DNA of 64,000 bases from positions 8,372,001-8,436,000 of the forward strand of contig NC_087252.1 in assembly GCF_037042905.1 (NCBI RefSeq), written 5' to 3'. The notes beneath the pieces were generated by a model. The model was not told the DNA's origin and did no database searches. It saw only the letters and a list, made by a program, of their open reading frames with translations. Below, piece after piece: positions 26,026 to 40,134 of the stretch. Numbering within the stretch: the stretch's first letter is position 1; each line of letters starts with the position of its first letter. The stretch is from Lytechinus pictus. Taxonomy: Eukaryota. Both the position numbers and the translations under genes were made by a program.

Positions 26026-27015
26026 CAGTGCGTATCAAAAAAAAAGTTTACACTTTGAAAAAGCACTGGGAATTAAAAAATATACAACATGTGGGTAATT
26101 TTTTCACATATTATTATGGGTTTGGGTCTTATTTATCCAATGAAAGTAAAAGTTTTGGCAGAATGTTAAACTTGAGTGAGCACTGTCCATTTTTGTAAAG
26201 CTCGCAGAAATCTGTTTGCGCAGAAATGCTTGTTTTTACGCTGTGCCAAGGGGAAAGGGAGAAATCAAACTTACCCTGCGAAGCATTTCTCATAAATTTC
26301 CCAAGCACTTTTAGCCAACTGAAATAAAACGGATACATTCAAGCATTTTGTACAATTTTGCCGCCCAAATATGAAATTTCAACACTTAGTAAGCACAACC
26401 TTTACCCTTTTTGTGCCAGCTGGATCTGAGGACATAACTGAATCTGAACCAAAGTTTATATCAGACATCTCCAGCATTTTTCACTAAGTTTTTATCATTT
26501 AAAATTGGTTTTCATTTCATTTTTCATTTAATACTTGTTTCTCCACACTTTTCCCAAGCTTGGCAATGATTAACAAAATGAAAATCAAGCCTACGCCATT
26601 TCATGTAAATCACAGCTCAGTGTAAAGCAAATATCGTGACGATGGACTCGGTGTGTGGGGGAGTGGGATGGGGTGCAATGCGCACTCTTCGAAGTGTTTT
26701 GGGCAAGGAAACAAGTTTAAAAAGGTAAAAGATATCTTCATATCAATTTTACTTGCTAATTTCCACGTGGTCTTCATGATTAAGGTCTACTTTTATTCGC
26801 ATAACTTTTTCAAAGTTCTGCGCAAATCATTTTTCACCAAGTTTTCAAAACTAATTGGTGCTCACACAAGCGGAAATATTTTTCGACAGTTATACCTTCA
26901 TTTGCTTAAATGGATCTGTACCAATGATAAAATGTAGAAAAATCGTCAGGATATTACAAATATATAATTTTACAGGATTTTTTCTAAGTGTAAACTTTTT
27001 TTTTGATACGCACTG
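26026..27015. mobile_element. Tc1/mariner-type MITE with TA TSD
   Basis: ta|cagtgcgtatcaaaaaaaaagtttacactt ... aagtgtaaacttttttttgatacgcactg|ta. Same terminal motif as 3938-5315 but a different body. Confidence 0.9.
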
Positions 27016-27199
27016 TATAATAAGTCAACATATGAAATGCATGTCTGTTCAAACAAAATTCTAGATATGAATCCATATCCATAAATTCATTGATTTCTTG
27101 ACAATTTGGAGTGTTCTCCTTTGATTACAAAGGACATTTTGCAAATTTTCTGCACTGACACTGATGAATTTCCATGGAGTTACGATTGATCGGATCAAT

Positions 27200-27640
27200 C
27201 GTAACTCTTTGTACAACGGGGCCCATATCTTTATTGCACTATATTTAAAGGATTGCTTGAAACTTTCAAATATTTGGTTTAGGTAATACAGTATTAAGTG
27301 AGTCAGCATTACGTGTATACATTCCATGTCTATCAATAAATAGTTCAATATCATTACAGAGTCTAATAGGTGCAAGTCCATATAAACATTGGTAAGCTAA
27401 AATATATAAGAAATAATCCCTCCTTGCAACAAAAATTGCCATTTCAGTTTCTTCATTAAATCTGTACAACTAAAATAAAATTCATATTCCTTCATTACAA
27501 TACGTGCCGCTCGCCTTTGCAGTTTTATAAGTTCCATGTTTTTCAATGAACCATTCCTCCAAACAGAACAAGCATAATCTATACACGGCTGAATAGTTGT
27601 TTTACATAAAGTATACAGTAATTCTGGTTTAAAAGTTAAA
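27200..27640 (-). mobile_element. 3' fragment of a CR1-group LINE
   Basis: Minus-strand motifs TIQPCIDYACSV, KLQRRAARIV, LAYQCLYGLAP, VLPKPN, FKQSFKYSAIKIW. Confidence 0.8.
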
Positions 27641-27659
27641 CTTAAACAGGAGCATGTAA

Positions 27660-30600
27660 CTTAAATGATATTGATCTTTTAACTTTCAGTTGTTTATTGT
27701 TCCAGATGATCTGGAACTTCGTATTATCTTGTCTGTTTCTCACATCAAGAGAATCCCAACATTGTAAAATAGTTTTATAAAACTGAGGAATATCCAAGCT
27801 CAACATTTTATGACCATAGTTAAAGTTGAATACAAATAATCCCCCGTTCTTTTTAAGGTAATACTGAAGAATTTGAAACCATCCTTGTTTATCCGCATGT
27901 TTAATTCTCTCTATCCAAAATAACTGCTGGGCTTTAACAGTCGAATACACATCTACCATCTTAATTCCTCCATTTGATAGATCCTGGATCATGACGTTTC
28001 TTCTAATTTTGTCTGGTCCATTCCAAATAAAACTGAAAAACACCCTCTCTAACTTTTTAAGAAACCAATCTGGTAAAAGAGTGGATGAAAATAAATAGAT
28101 TAATTTGGATATTCCAAATGATTTAATTATTTGAATTTTACCGAATAAAGTTAGGCTTCTCATTTGCCACATGTTCAAAATCACTTGTATTGATGAAACT
28201 ATTTCTTCTGCTTTTTTAACTTGCGCAGTATCTGATCCAGTACCCACAAAAGTACCAAGCACATTTATAGTATCTTCAAAATTGAAATTATGTCGGAAAA
28301 CTGCATTCGACACATTTCCAATCCTTAAAATTTCTGTCTTATTTAAATTAATTGTTAAACTTGAACACTTCTCAAACTGTTGCATAATATCAAATAATGA
28401 GTTCAGAGAATTTACATCTGAACAAAATGAGCAAAAATCGTTATAAAGACAGCTTTAATTCACTGGTACCAACTGATATACCTAGTACATCAATCGAATT
28501 TCTAATACGTATATCAAGTGTTTCTAGAGATATTATAAATAAATAGGGGGAGAGGGGATTCCCCTGTCTTACACCTCTCGTAATTTAAAAGTATCCAGTA
28601 GATTTGCCATTATTCAGAACACAACCTTCTAAATTTGTATAGGGGAAGGCGGGGTAAGTTGAGCATAGGGGCAAGTTGAGCCACCAACCCCAGGCCAAAA
28701 ATGAATGGGTCAGACATTATGGTGGTATCATGTATTGATGACCCATTACATAACCCTTAACCCCACCACATTGTTTTCAACTTTGAAACAAAACGTACTT
28801 TTTTTGAGGGAAAAATACAAATTTCATCTAAAAAAGTAAAAAAGGGTGTGAAATAGATCATTGCTTTTTACGCACACACGTCTTTAAATATAATAAAGAA
28901 ATAAGAACACTATTGTTAGTCCAGGTATAGATTCTCATTGTTGTCATGGTATTTTACAAAATGGATGCATAAAAAATGTGTGGATGTGAAAATATTGCAT
29001 GAAGTTCGGAATGGGGTAAGTTGAGCCAACCAACATGGGGCAAGTTGAGCCATGGTAATTCTTATGGTAATGTAATAAAAAAAACAAAAAAACCTTAAAA
29101 GCCACTGATATGCAGGCTGAAAGGAGCAAATCCACATCACAGTTCTTTTACTTAAAGAGGATGTTAGTACTTACAGCAAATTAGCAAGTGAAAAGACTTT
29201 AAATAAAAAACGACATGCTGGTTCTTCCCGCATAGAAATGTACATAGTTTTTGTGGCTCAATTTACCCCAGAGGGGGGCACAACTTACCCCATATATGGG
29301 GGAAGTTGGGCCATTTGACATCGTTTTTTCAAAGGTCACATTATATTTCACTTGAATCAAATTTATAGGCAAGTTACTTATTTCTACAATATTATTGTTC
29401 ATATCAATTCTAATATGCAAAATGCAAAAAGTGTCACAACTTACCCCGCCTTCCCCTACAGAGCTTTAACTCACTTAATAAAGGATGCACCGAAACCAAA
29501 CGAATTTAAGCATTCAAATAAATAGTCGTAGTCTAGCGAATCAAACGCTTTCTTAAAATCTACTGAAGCAATGAATCCTGCTTTCTGTTCCTCCCTAAGG
29601 AAATGATATACGCCATGTACGTTTCGGTTAGCTTCCCCTATTGCTCTTCCGCGTAGGAATGCAAATTGATCTTTGTCAATTATTCCATCTAAAACATTAA
29701 TTATCCTATTGGCTAATGCTTTTGAACATATTTTTGCGTCCACATTCATTAACGATATAGGTCTGTAACTCTCCAATAAACGTTTGTCTTTATTTGGCTT
29801 ACAATTAAAGATATGACACTTTGCTTTTGTCTTGCTGACGATTCATTTTCTTGAAAAGAAAAATTCAAAGAAACATGTAAGGGATCCTTCACAATGTCCC
29901 AAAAAGTAATATAAAATTCCTTGGAGAGTCCATCATTCACCGGAGACTTTCCACATTTCATTCCCGTCAATACTTTCTTACACTCATGTTCAGTGAGGAG
30001 TCCTTCACATGATTTGGAGGAAGATTCAGAGAGTTTGTGTCCTCTGATTTTCAAAAAATTATTTGCATTCTCATCTGTTATGTTAACGTTTTGTTTTGTA
30101 TACAGCTGCCTGTAAAAGTGTTTAATGTTTTGTAAAATTTCATTTTCGTCTTCAATCATATCATCTTCTTTCAAAAGTTTTCGGATAGTGGAATTGACTT
30201 TACGTTGTTTTGTAAGAAAATATTTATTACTTTTTTCTCCGTATTCGATCCAATTTGCCTTGGAGCGAATAATAATACCTTGTGTAATTTTATAATACTT
30301 TTCTAATTCCTGTTAGCTTGTTGATAATTAATAACTTGTTCAGAGTTCAAATATAACTTCGATTCCAAAATTTGTACCCTTTTCCCAATTGTTTTCTTTC
30401 TTCTTTTAACTCTCTAACTTTATTTTTACTTTACTTTTGTGTATATCTTCGAATTTGATATTTGATATAATCCCACCTAACTCTGGGATCGGAAAATTCC
30501 TTAGATTCCTCCAACCATACTTGGAACTCCGTACGGATACGTGTACGGTATTCTTCATCTTGACACAAAGATGTATTCAATTTCCACTAACCTTTTCCTA

Positions 30601-31560
30601 GAATTAACTCAGTGAAATTTAGCTCTAATAAAAGCGCTGAATGATCAGTTGCTACCGAAGGTACATAAGCTATCTTAGATACATTATCTTGAAGATCTGA
30701 AGGAACAAACCAATGATCTAATCTACTTTGAGAAGAACAATCTAATTTTCTCCAAGAGTATTGTTTTTCACCATGGTTTATTAAACGCCATATATCACAC
30801 AAGTTGAAATCATTTAGTAACAATACCAGACTATCTGTACTGACATGTGAGTAGGATGTACTTTTTGACTGATTCATCCTATCTAGTTTGGGATTCATAA
30901 CCACGTTAATAATGTATATTGGGGTTCAGCATTACTTTCCCAAATGTTTCTTAATTCTGACCAAAATCTTACTTGCTCCTGATAGTTGTTTGGAGCATAA
31001 ATATTCGTTAATAAAAACACATTACCATTTATTTCTTCTATCATCATAATATATTACCATCTTTGTCGATTATTTGTTTCTTAATTGTATACTCTAATCC
31101 TTCCCTGAAATATATCAGTACTCCACGGCTGTTATTCGTCCTGTGACTTAAAAAGAGATTGCCTTTTTCCAAAAAACTTCTATATTAGCTGTGCTATGTG
31201 TCTCTTGTAAATATATCATATTGACATTCTTATCCTACAAAAACTTGAAAACCTTTTTCTTTTTAGTATACTCTCTAATTCCACGTACATTTAAACTCAG
31301 TAGTCGAATGTTCTTCGTCATGGATGCGGGTTTAATTCATCAACTTTCAGTCCAGATAGTCCTGAATCTTTACTTTTTGCATTGACGCCCAATGGCGACA
31401 ATGCATTGTTCTTGTTCCGTATTCCTATTCCGTCGTCTTCTTCTTCCACAAAATCCCATTTGTTTAACACATGGTTTTTATTAGCTCTGCCCTGGCTCCG
31501 TCCCTCTTTCAAATTCATCCAAACTTGGTAGACATGTTGTCCCTAGTTGTGCACTTCGTC
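27660..31560 (-). mobile_element. Tx1/L1-clade LINE (ORF1 tail plus disrupted ORF2: APE endonuclease and RT), 3'-truncated
   Basis: ORF2 starts at ATG 31321 (MTKNIRLLSLNVRG...YLQETH), then NIYAPN, QSRLDHW, TDHSAL, KSP.NDGL, YRPISLMNVDAKI, DFKKAFDS, RQGNPLSPYLF, SLTLFGKI, FIWNGPDKI. Multiple stops and frameshifts. Confidence 0.93.
28642..29456. mobile_element. MITE with GGGG termini and TA TSD inserted in the Tx1 RT domain
   Basis: ta|ggggaaggcggggtaagttg ... caacttaccccgccttcccc|ta. Removing it restores VKALYTNLE in the host ORF. Confidence 0.93.
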
Positions 31561-31819
31561 TTCTTTTTTCCAAAATCACCCATGCATGACAATCCACGCA
31601 CCATTTTGTAAATTTCAAGTCCATTTGCAAACCATTACTAATGTCGTTCTAACTCCCGCATCCTGCATGCTACCGACTTCTAACAAATTGCAGTAAATTA
31701 TTTAAGAGTTGCCCTTTCATATAAAATTACGACTTGCCCTTCAAAATGCCGCCTTTTTGCCCTAAATTCGAATCGAAAATAGTCTACGTTCAAAATGTTC
31801 ATATTTATTGAAATGCAAA

Positions 31820-34800
31820 TGAGGAAAATCGTAAAATGGCCATAACTTCCTTGATTTTACTCATTTCCGTCTCATATTCTTATGGTTTACTAATGGTATC
31901 ACCCTTCACAATTCAACAAATTTTTACGCATCAGTGATTGTTAGATTTACAAATAGCGCCCTCTATTGCAAAGTCAACAAATAGTAAAATGACAATAACT
32001 TTGTTCTTATCATTCATTTCGGTTTCATATTTTCAGGGCTGGCTTAAGAAATAATCTCTCATAATCCATATACTTTTTACGCATCAGTGACCATTACATT
32101 TAGAAATAGCGCCCTCTATTGCAAACTATAGAAATGTTAAAATGGTCATAAGTTCCTTGTTCTCATTTATTTCAATGTCATATTTGCAGGGTATGCTTAT
32201 TGTATCATTCCACTTATTCCACATGTTATGTACGCATCAGTGACCATTACCTTTAAAAAATAGCACCCTCTATTGAAAAATCGAGAATAGTAAAATGGCC
32301 ATAACTTTCTTGTTTTCAATCATTTCGGTTTGACATTTTTTAGGGTTTGGTAATAGTAACATGTTTTCTAATAAATTTTTGTTTTTTTTTACGCATCAGT
32401 GACCATTACTTTTAGAAATAGTGCCCTCTATTGAAAATTTGCAAAGTGTAAAATTGCCATAACTTCCTCGTTTTTATCCATTTTGTTCTCGTATTTTCAT
32501 TGGTTGGCAATGGTAATATCTTTTGAAATTCACTGGTTTGTACGCGTCAGTGACCATTACCTTTAAAAATAGCGCCCTCTATTGAAAAGTAGAAAATAGT
32601 AAAATGGCCATAACTTCCTTGTTTTCATTCATTTTGGTCTGACATTTTCAGGGTTTTGTAATGGTAACATGTTCACTAATTAATTTGTTTTTACTATAGA
32701 GATGTATACTAATTACGCTAGAGTGCGGAGTCGCCATAGGCGCGCGTACTTAACGTCTGTGATTGCGCGGAGCATGGTTGGCCATTGCTCGATAGGTCTA
32801 GATTCGCAAAAGTACCAGGATGTACCCATAGCTCGTACGTTGTAATGCTGTGTAAAGGGATGCTGTCTCCGGCTTTTATCTTAAAGAAAGGAATCAAATC
32901 TAATTACAATTGAAAATATGAATGACAAATTGCATCTCAATAAACTATTAGTGTGTTTACATGGGGATTATGCTATTAATTTGTCTTTTTATCTGGATTC
33001 TCTGGATGAAATTCTCTATATAGTGCATTTACGATTATATACCTGCCACATGCCTATAATAGATAACGATATTGATAATATGACATAAATAAGTAGAAAA
33101 AAATTAAACATACAACATTAAAAGTAATTTTGACAATCATTTCAAAAGAAAGTGAATTAGCCCATCTTCTCTGGACTTCCCTATCTTTGGCTTTAATGAT
33201 ACATCATCCTTTGGCACATTCCTTCGTCCACATGATTCCGTGTTCTCATGACCAATTGGTTATGATGGATATAATTTGTAAGTTTGATTCATTTCAACTC
33301 TATTCGTTTCACTCTACTTCAATTATATATATTTTTTTCATTTTCATTCAAACATAGTACAAAGTAATATAAATCGGATAGGCCCTACAATTTTACAGAT
33401 GAACATTCTTATCTCGTAAAAAAGACCCAGTATAGGCCTATAAAATTGAGCATAAATGGCCAACTACATGTAACTTGCATTAATTTGTATGAAGTATTTG
33501 TTAGAAAATGTTTGCTTTTAATACCCTTCTCTTTAAGTTAGAATCGGTTTCTTTTATTCGCTTTTTAGGGGGTAGGGTGTAATTAAAGTGACATACGCAC
33601 CCAAGAAAATTCACAATCAAAATAAAAGTATACCAGTACAGGGGGCTCGACTGGACCTCTGACAGGTATCACTCAATTGAGGTTAAATTAGGATCACTCA
33701 ACAGCCGACAATAATTGTAATATCTTATAGTTGTATCTCTTTCAGGATATTTGTTATCAATTGGTTTTATACACTCAGTTGTAATAATAATATTCTTTGT
33801 AGTATAGTACAAATTATAATTATATCCCACTCCCGCTCTGTTCTCCTCCCCTTCTCCTTCTTCCTCTCCTTAATTGTTCACATAATTTGTCCAATCAAAA
33901 GATCATAAACACCAGCGATATATGTCAACAGAGTATTTCAGCCGATCAGCATATTATTTCAGGGGGGGGGGGGGGTCAAGTCTAGATTTTCCAGAAAATC
34001 AAAGAGAAACTCTTGATGTTGCGTTAAACACACATTGTAATTTGTTATTTGGAAGGCAATACTGTAAACATAATTTCCCCCATTATGCCTCCTGTACATT
34101 ACAAAATTGTACAACTGCATGCGCGTTTTTGATATGCAAATTTTGCTGTCAACAAACTTTTCTACATTGATTTGCACGTAAGACTATCAAACCAGCTTGA
34201 TCTTTTTTATTGTTGTTTTCGTTTTTTTTAAATGTAATATATTTATTTTTTGTGTAGGCGTATGTGTTCGTTCACGAGGTAATTGTGTGCTCGTGTGTGT
34301 AGGTGTTTATGCGTTAATGTGATTTATATCCGAAGTATAATACTATTTTGTTTTGTTTATTATTATCATGCATTATGTAAGATTTTACTTTGCAATTTAC
34401 TGTGTATATTTTAAATGTTTTTTATCTTTATAGACAGGGCCCCTTGGCAGAACAATACTCGATGTTGAAAGGGCTACCCTGTATAAAGGAGACCTAAGAA
34501 AAAAAAAAATAAATACATAAGAAAGTAATTAAGATGATCGGATGGTTGCCAACATTGGAAATCTAAATCATTTAACTTATAGGTTCATCAATTGACTGGA
34601 CCAATGTGTAAATCATTTTCAAATATTTTCAATAAAAAAGTCATTTTTTATGACTCACGAGTTATTGTGATGACGGTTACATCGACGTTTAAACCCATGG
34701 GGAAAAGGAGTTATGCCCTATTCTGATTTCTATTTGTCGTTCTAGTATATGGACAAAAATATAACAATTATTTTTAAAAAATAAAGAAATAAATTATCAG

Positions 34801-35716
34801 CATCATGGTTATGCCTAGGCCTAGGCCTACATGTTATTTTTAATATTCATCCCTTCCAAATCTTTAGAAAATAAAAGTCATAAAAATTAATGTAGCGACC
34901 TATCAAAATATTTAATATGACGAAAGCAAAAACAATTGGGGATGTATCATTGGCCTGTATGCGCTATTGATATTCCTATATAGGTATTTTTGTTCTCGTT
35001 TTGTTATAATTTTTGTTAATTCAAACTTTAATTCAGTATATTCAAAACTATTTAACTTTTCCATTTGCTTTCGCGCTCATATGTCAACATTTTGCTCCAT
35101 TTCTGTGCTATCACTGTACATGCCCTATAGGTAATGTACGCGCATGGCAGGCTTCGAAGACTTATCGAGTAATGGCGGCCGGTCTCCGCGTATTCACAGC
35201 GATTTGACGAAATACGCCCTCTAGCGTTATTAGTATATATCTCTATGGTTTTTACGCATCAGTGACCATTATTTAAATAAATAGCGCCCTCTTTTGAACA
35301 ATGCAAAATAGTAAAATGGCCATTATTTCCTTGTTTTCTTTCATTTTGGTTTAATATTTTCAGGGTTTGTTAATGGTAACATCCTTCATTATTCACTGGT
35401 TTGTTGTGCATCAGTGACCATTACCCCTAGAAATATCGCCCTCTATTGAAAAGTAGAAAATAGTAAAATTGTCATAACTTCTTTGCTGTAATTTATTTTG
35501 ATCTCGTATTTTCAGGGTTTGCCAATTGTATCATTCCACATAATCCAACTTTGTTTTACGCATCAGTGATCATTCCTTTAACAAATAGCGCCCTCTAATA
35601 TTTTGAAAATGTATATCATCTATAGTTTTCTCTCTATCTCCTTCTGTTTCCTACCCTCTATTTAATCATAGGCGTCAGTGCATGCACATCGTTCTGGAAC
35701 GATTGCAGTTCTAGTT
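31820..35716 (+). mobile_element. Helitron/Helentron-like element with a ~155-bp tandem array, interrupted by a P-like element
   Basis: Unit aaaatggccataacttc...acgcatcagtgaccattac...aatagcgccctctattg occurs at ~31927, 32080, 32234, 32392, 32543, then 35255, 35407, 35559. The 3' end has a hairpin atcgttc-tg-gaacgat followed by ctag|tt (35711-35716). The 5' end is not defined. Confidence 0.65.
32695..35247. mobile_element. Non-autonomous P-element-like DNA transposon (2.55 kb)
   Basis: ~33-bp TIRs tatagagatgtatactaattacgctagag / ctctagcgttattagtatatatctctatg. Perfect 8-bp TSD gtttttac at 32687-32694 and 35248-35255. No transposase ORF. Confidence 0.8.
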
Positions 35717-36281
35717 CTTTACTTTCTGTTTCCTCTGCTTTCATTAGCGATAGAAGATGCTACGATTTCCGGGGATTCCGGCATAACTTCTAATTCGCTA
35801 TCACTACTTTGGCTGATATCTCTCTCCTCTGAACCGTAGTTTCCGCTTTCTATCTGTTCTTCGGATGTTTCTTATCCTTCAGAATTATCAGCTTTCTCGA
35901 AGAACCCTGTGATTTTCGATTGCGATTTCGTGCTATAGTGCTCGACATTGGGAAGGTTGGTGCGACGATCTAACGATCCTCTGTTCCGATTCGCTTTCCT
36001 GATACGCTTTTCGATTGGTCTGAGGCCTTCACTTTGCGTCGTACAGCTGGTTCACCTTGAATGCTAGGTCGCTTAGCTACCTCGTCTTCAGCTATGGTGG
36101 GGTTGGTGGTGGGGCATGTGTTTTGCATATGCCCTGATTGTCGACAAACTCGGCATACTTTTTCATTGGTACAATGCGATCTATGGTGGCCTTCCAGGAG
36201 GCAATTTGAGCAAAAAGGACCCTGTGACGTATTCTCCTGCCCAAAGTGAAAATCTCTCGCTCTAAACGAATGGAATTTCAT
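35717..36281 (-). pseudogene. Tx1-type ORF1 (gag-like) fragment with two CCHC zinc knuckles
   Basis: CSNCLLEGHHRSHC and CRVCRQSGHMQNTC (CX2CX4HX4C twice), followed by an acidic/Ser-rich tail with stops. Confidence 0.8.
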
Positions 36282-36359
36282 GAATCTTGGGGGGTGTTGA
36301 TTTGGGAGATCTACACAGGGTCGTAGCTAAAGGGGGGGGGGGGTAAAAAGGGATAGGGG

Positions 36360-36475
36360 AGAAAAAGAAAGAGGGAAAGAAAAGAAAGAAATAAAGAAGG
36401 AAGGAAGGAAGGAAGGAAGGAAGGAAAAAAGTAAGAAAGAAAGAAATAAAGAAAGAAAGAAAGAAAATAAAAATA
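36360..36475. repeat. (GAAA)n/(GGAA)n microsatellite
   Basis: Directly visible. Confidence 0.95.
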
Positions 36476-37288
36476 GGGGTACTAACTTCAAAGAAGGTTA
36501 CGACTTATAGAGTAAAGACAACCAGTTGGCAAATCCAAGTCCATGGAGTCAGGCTGAGCACCCTACCAGTCAGCAAAATACAAAGACAAAACAGATGGAG
36601 CTATAATAACACACAAAGTAAGCCCCAGGCCCTCCCCAAATAAACAAGCTTGTGAGTTTGCAAATTATACCACAATTATTGACGATTTAACAAACACATT
36701 AGTTTTGTAAAATTAGAGGCAAGACTAGGTAAAGAAATATGTGGTGGGATGAATTTCCAAGGTTTAAGTTGAATAATCAAAGCCAAAGGATAGTTGGCAA
36801 ATTATAAAGTGGGCCTATTAAAGTGGCAGAACACTAAACACTCTACCAGTCAGCAAAGTGATGTACAAGTACTGCCCCGTTTCAGATCTGAAAAGAACAG
36901 AACACAAGACTTAAAAATCTGGTAACTCTGCAGTTGGCAAATTCATGAAGACAAGTCTACAATTTGTAGACTTGTCTACAAGTTTGCAGTTGGCAAAAAA
37001 CCAAAAATGTTCTAAGTTATTTTTCCTAAATTCTGTCGCCAAACATTTGACAAGTCAAGAAGTCTATTCTTCCACTCACTTGGAAAGCTTACAAGCTTAC
37101 AGCACCAATAAGTGTTGCAAAGGATGAACGCACCTTCAGCCCTATGAAGTTTATGAAGAATTTTATAGATCAACCAATGTATTGACATATGCTTTTTTCA
37201 TGACTTAAAGTGATTGCCCCCTTTTAAGGCCTTAATATAAAACATTTCCAGTCTGTGCTCACGTTCGCAAAGGACCGATATAGATACC

Positions 37289-39462
37289 GGGCTGGTGTTA
37301 AATTAACACCGGGGTTTTTGCAGTGCACGAATTCTTGACAGTCCTTAAAATTTTCTGATCTAATTATAACAAATGTTCAGCTCGCGCTTCGCGCTTGCAT
37401 CACTTGATTAGTGAAATAGTAAATTCATACAAACAAGCCATAGAATGCCCCTCTTCTGGACTGAATTTAAAAAATTGTCAGCTCGCGCTTCTGGGCCGCA
37501 ATATTTTATTAGTGAAATACGTAGCATGTTCATGATTACAATGACCACAAAAAGTGCTTCATGTGCTTAGGTGTAATTTTCACAAAATACGCAAGTGCTT
37601 GGCGCTCGCATTATATGACTATGATGAGATACGTACGCACTTCATGAATTCCAAAAGACAGTCCTTAAAATGTCTCTTTTTAGGGTCAAGTAATACAAAA
37701 AAATTCAGCTCGCGCTTCGCGGTCGCATTGTTTGTTTTGTGAGACAGGTACGTATCATGATTACAAAACTTTGCTTATAATGTCCCTTTTTAGGACTGAA
37801 TATCAAACATTTTCAGCTCGCGCTTCGCGGTCGCATTATTTGATCACTAAGATATATATCCGTTTAATGGCACAGTCCTTAAAATGTCTCTATTAGGTCA
37901 GTATACCTGGCAATTGAGCGCGCGCCCACAATGACTCAAAACCTTTGCTGGTGCCCCCCCCCCCATTGCCGTGACCCACGGTACGGCTCTGTTAGCAGTA
38001 GCACTCTTGAAATTTTAGTTGAGACATCTTGCACAGAAGGACAATTAAAAATTCACAAATCTTTGATTTTGATATTATTAATGCATAGGGTATATCTTTA
38101 TACTGCAAGTTAGCAACTACGGCACACTAACCTTTCAATTTTGATCCAAAATGTTTATTTTTACAGTGAAAATATCTTTTTATATCTTTGTATAATTTAC
38201 CTTAAAGTATTCACCAAATGACACTTAGTTTTTCAATTCTAAAAAAATCAAAATCCTTTAGCATGTCATTATTAGGGGGGGGGGCATCCCCCATCAGATT
38301 CCCCCTGTGCTCATTTTGGTGCTGTCACGCCAAATTTAGTTGGCAAATTCAGCTGGTACACCCCCAACAAAATGCTTCTGGCTACGGCCCTGGGATGGAA
38401 AGCTAACACAGTGTTTAAAAGGGGATAGAGTAGTGTATGTAGATCATCTATAGATGATACATACACTGTGTTAGCTTTCCATCCACTCTCAACCTGAAAT
38501 GAACAGGACCGTGTATTTTGCATTTTCTATTTTCTAACTCTCCAAGAATAACACTTTCGTGTAATGATAATGGGATATCTTACCCGAGTTGCAGTCTCAT
38601 TATCGTAAGCTAAGAATGGGTTTCTATCAAACACCTGCACTACCGATCCTCGAACTTCGAGGCCTTGGGTTATAAGTTTTTTTTTAATCTACACAAAAAA
38701 AAAATACAAGCGCCTACCATTTCGGGATTATTAAGTGCATCATACCAGTCGTCTATAACACGATGGAGAAAAGGATCAATTTTTTTCATGATTTACAAAA
38801 CGTGAATAGGGTGACCCGTTTTTAGGTCTAAATCTCTTTTATTTCCCGCTCTCACATTGTTTAGTTATATGCCTATCCTGCCCATGATTACAAAATATGC
38901 TTCAAATTTCCATTTCAATTTTTCGCTTTATTTGATTATTGATGGCTAACAGCAAACAGTCTTCAACAGGTCCCTTTTCGATCAATTATATACGTATTTT
39001 GTTCAGGATTACAAACATTGCCCAGAATGTTCGATTTTCAGGACAAGGTACATAATTAAAAAACATTAGCTCACGCTTCGCGCTCGAACTATCTAAATAT
39101 GGCTTATGAGATTATTATGTTTTATAACAATAAAGCAAAGAAGTGACTGTTACGAAGAAACAAACAAAAAATCATCTTTGAGTGGCCGATCGAGGAGAAT
39201 ATGGGTGAAAATCCCCCCCCCCTTAATAGCGAAAGCTGGATCCACCCCTGAATTTAGGCCTACTTAGGCACCCCCAGCCAAAAAAATCGTTCCCACGGCC
39301 CTGTCCGGTCTCGGATATTTAAGATTTTATGCTTTTTGTTATATCCGTCATGATAATGACACGTGATTGGTTTAAATCCCGTCATGTGACTAAAGATAGT
39401 ACCAACTAACGACATAATGGGCCAAAATGCGATGAATCCTCACATCTTCTGTCACGAGCCGG
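37289..39462 (+). repeat. Copy A of a ~2.2-kb local direct duplication (uninterrupted)
   Basis: Nearly identical to 44200-44362 + 49376-49500 + 53002-54890. Shared from gggctggtgttaaat to gtcacgagccgg. Confidence 0.95.
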
Positions 39463-40134
39463 ATATTAGTAATATTTGATATCCACGTAAACGAAGTGAT
39501 CAATCACCTTTATCAAATTTTATAATTTTTTTTTACTCGAAGACCGGGTTACCTTAATGTTATTCATTCTAGTCAAGTAGAACAACAACATGACCGTCAA
39601 GTTGGGTACATTATGCAATTTATTTTAAAAACAGTTGTAGGGTGTCTACTTCAATAATCCGAAGGGTGTGACTTGGGCACAATTGGACATTGTTTTTAAA
39701 TTGACGTCATAAGCCACGTCCAATTTTTTACATATACCTCTTAACATTGACTTTCATATTTTACGAAACAAACATGTCATGTTTGGTATCATATTAAAGC
39801 TAATGTAAGAATTAAATACATATATATGGATCACTGGGCATTTGAATCACGTGTTTGGAATATCATGATTGGAATACAAACAAGTTCAGTATTAAATGTA
39901 TTCTTAGCTGATAGTTATGATGAGGATGTGTATATTCATAATCTGACAAGGGCTACTTTGGTACCCTTGGGGCAACGTCATTTTTTGACGTCATAAAACA
40001 CACCATCCTTTTCACATATGTCAACCTCTTAATTATGTTGAAAGGTTTACGGTAAACACCATGTATGTAGTCCTGAAAAGGACTGTTTGTTATTCTTTCT
40101 TGAATATAATTATGTTAGCTCTGAAAAGAACTGT

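Noticed and set aside
38218..38523. Identical short ORFs at 38311 and 53739 suggesting a conserved gene
   Set aside because: Identity is explained by the recent duplication, and the peptides have no recognisable features.
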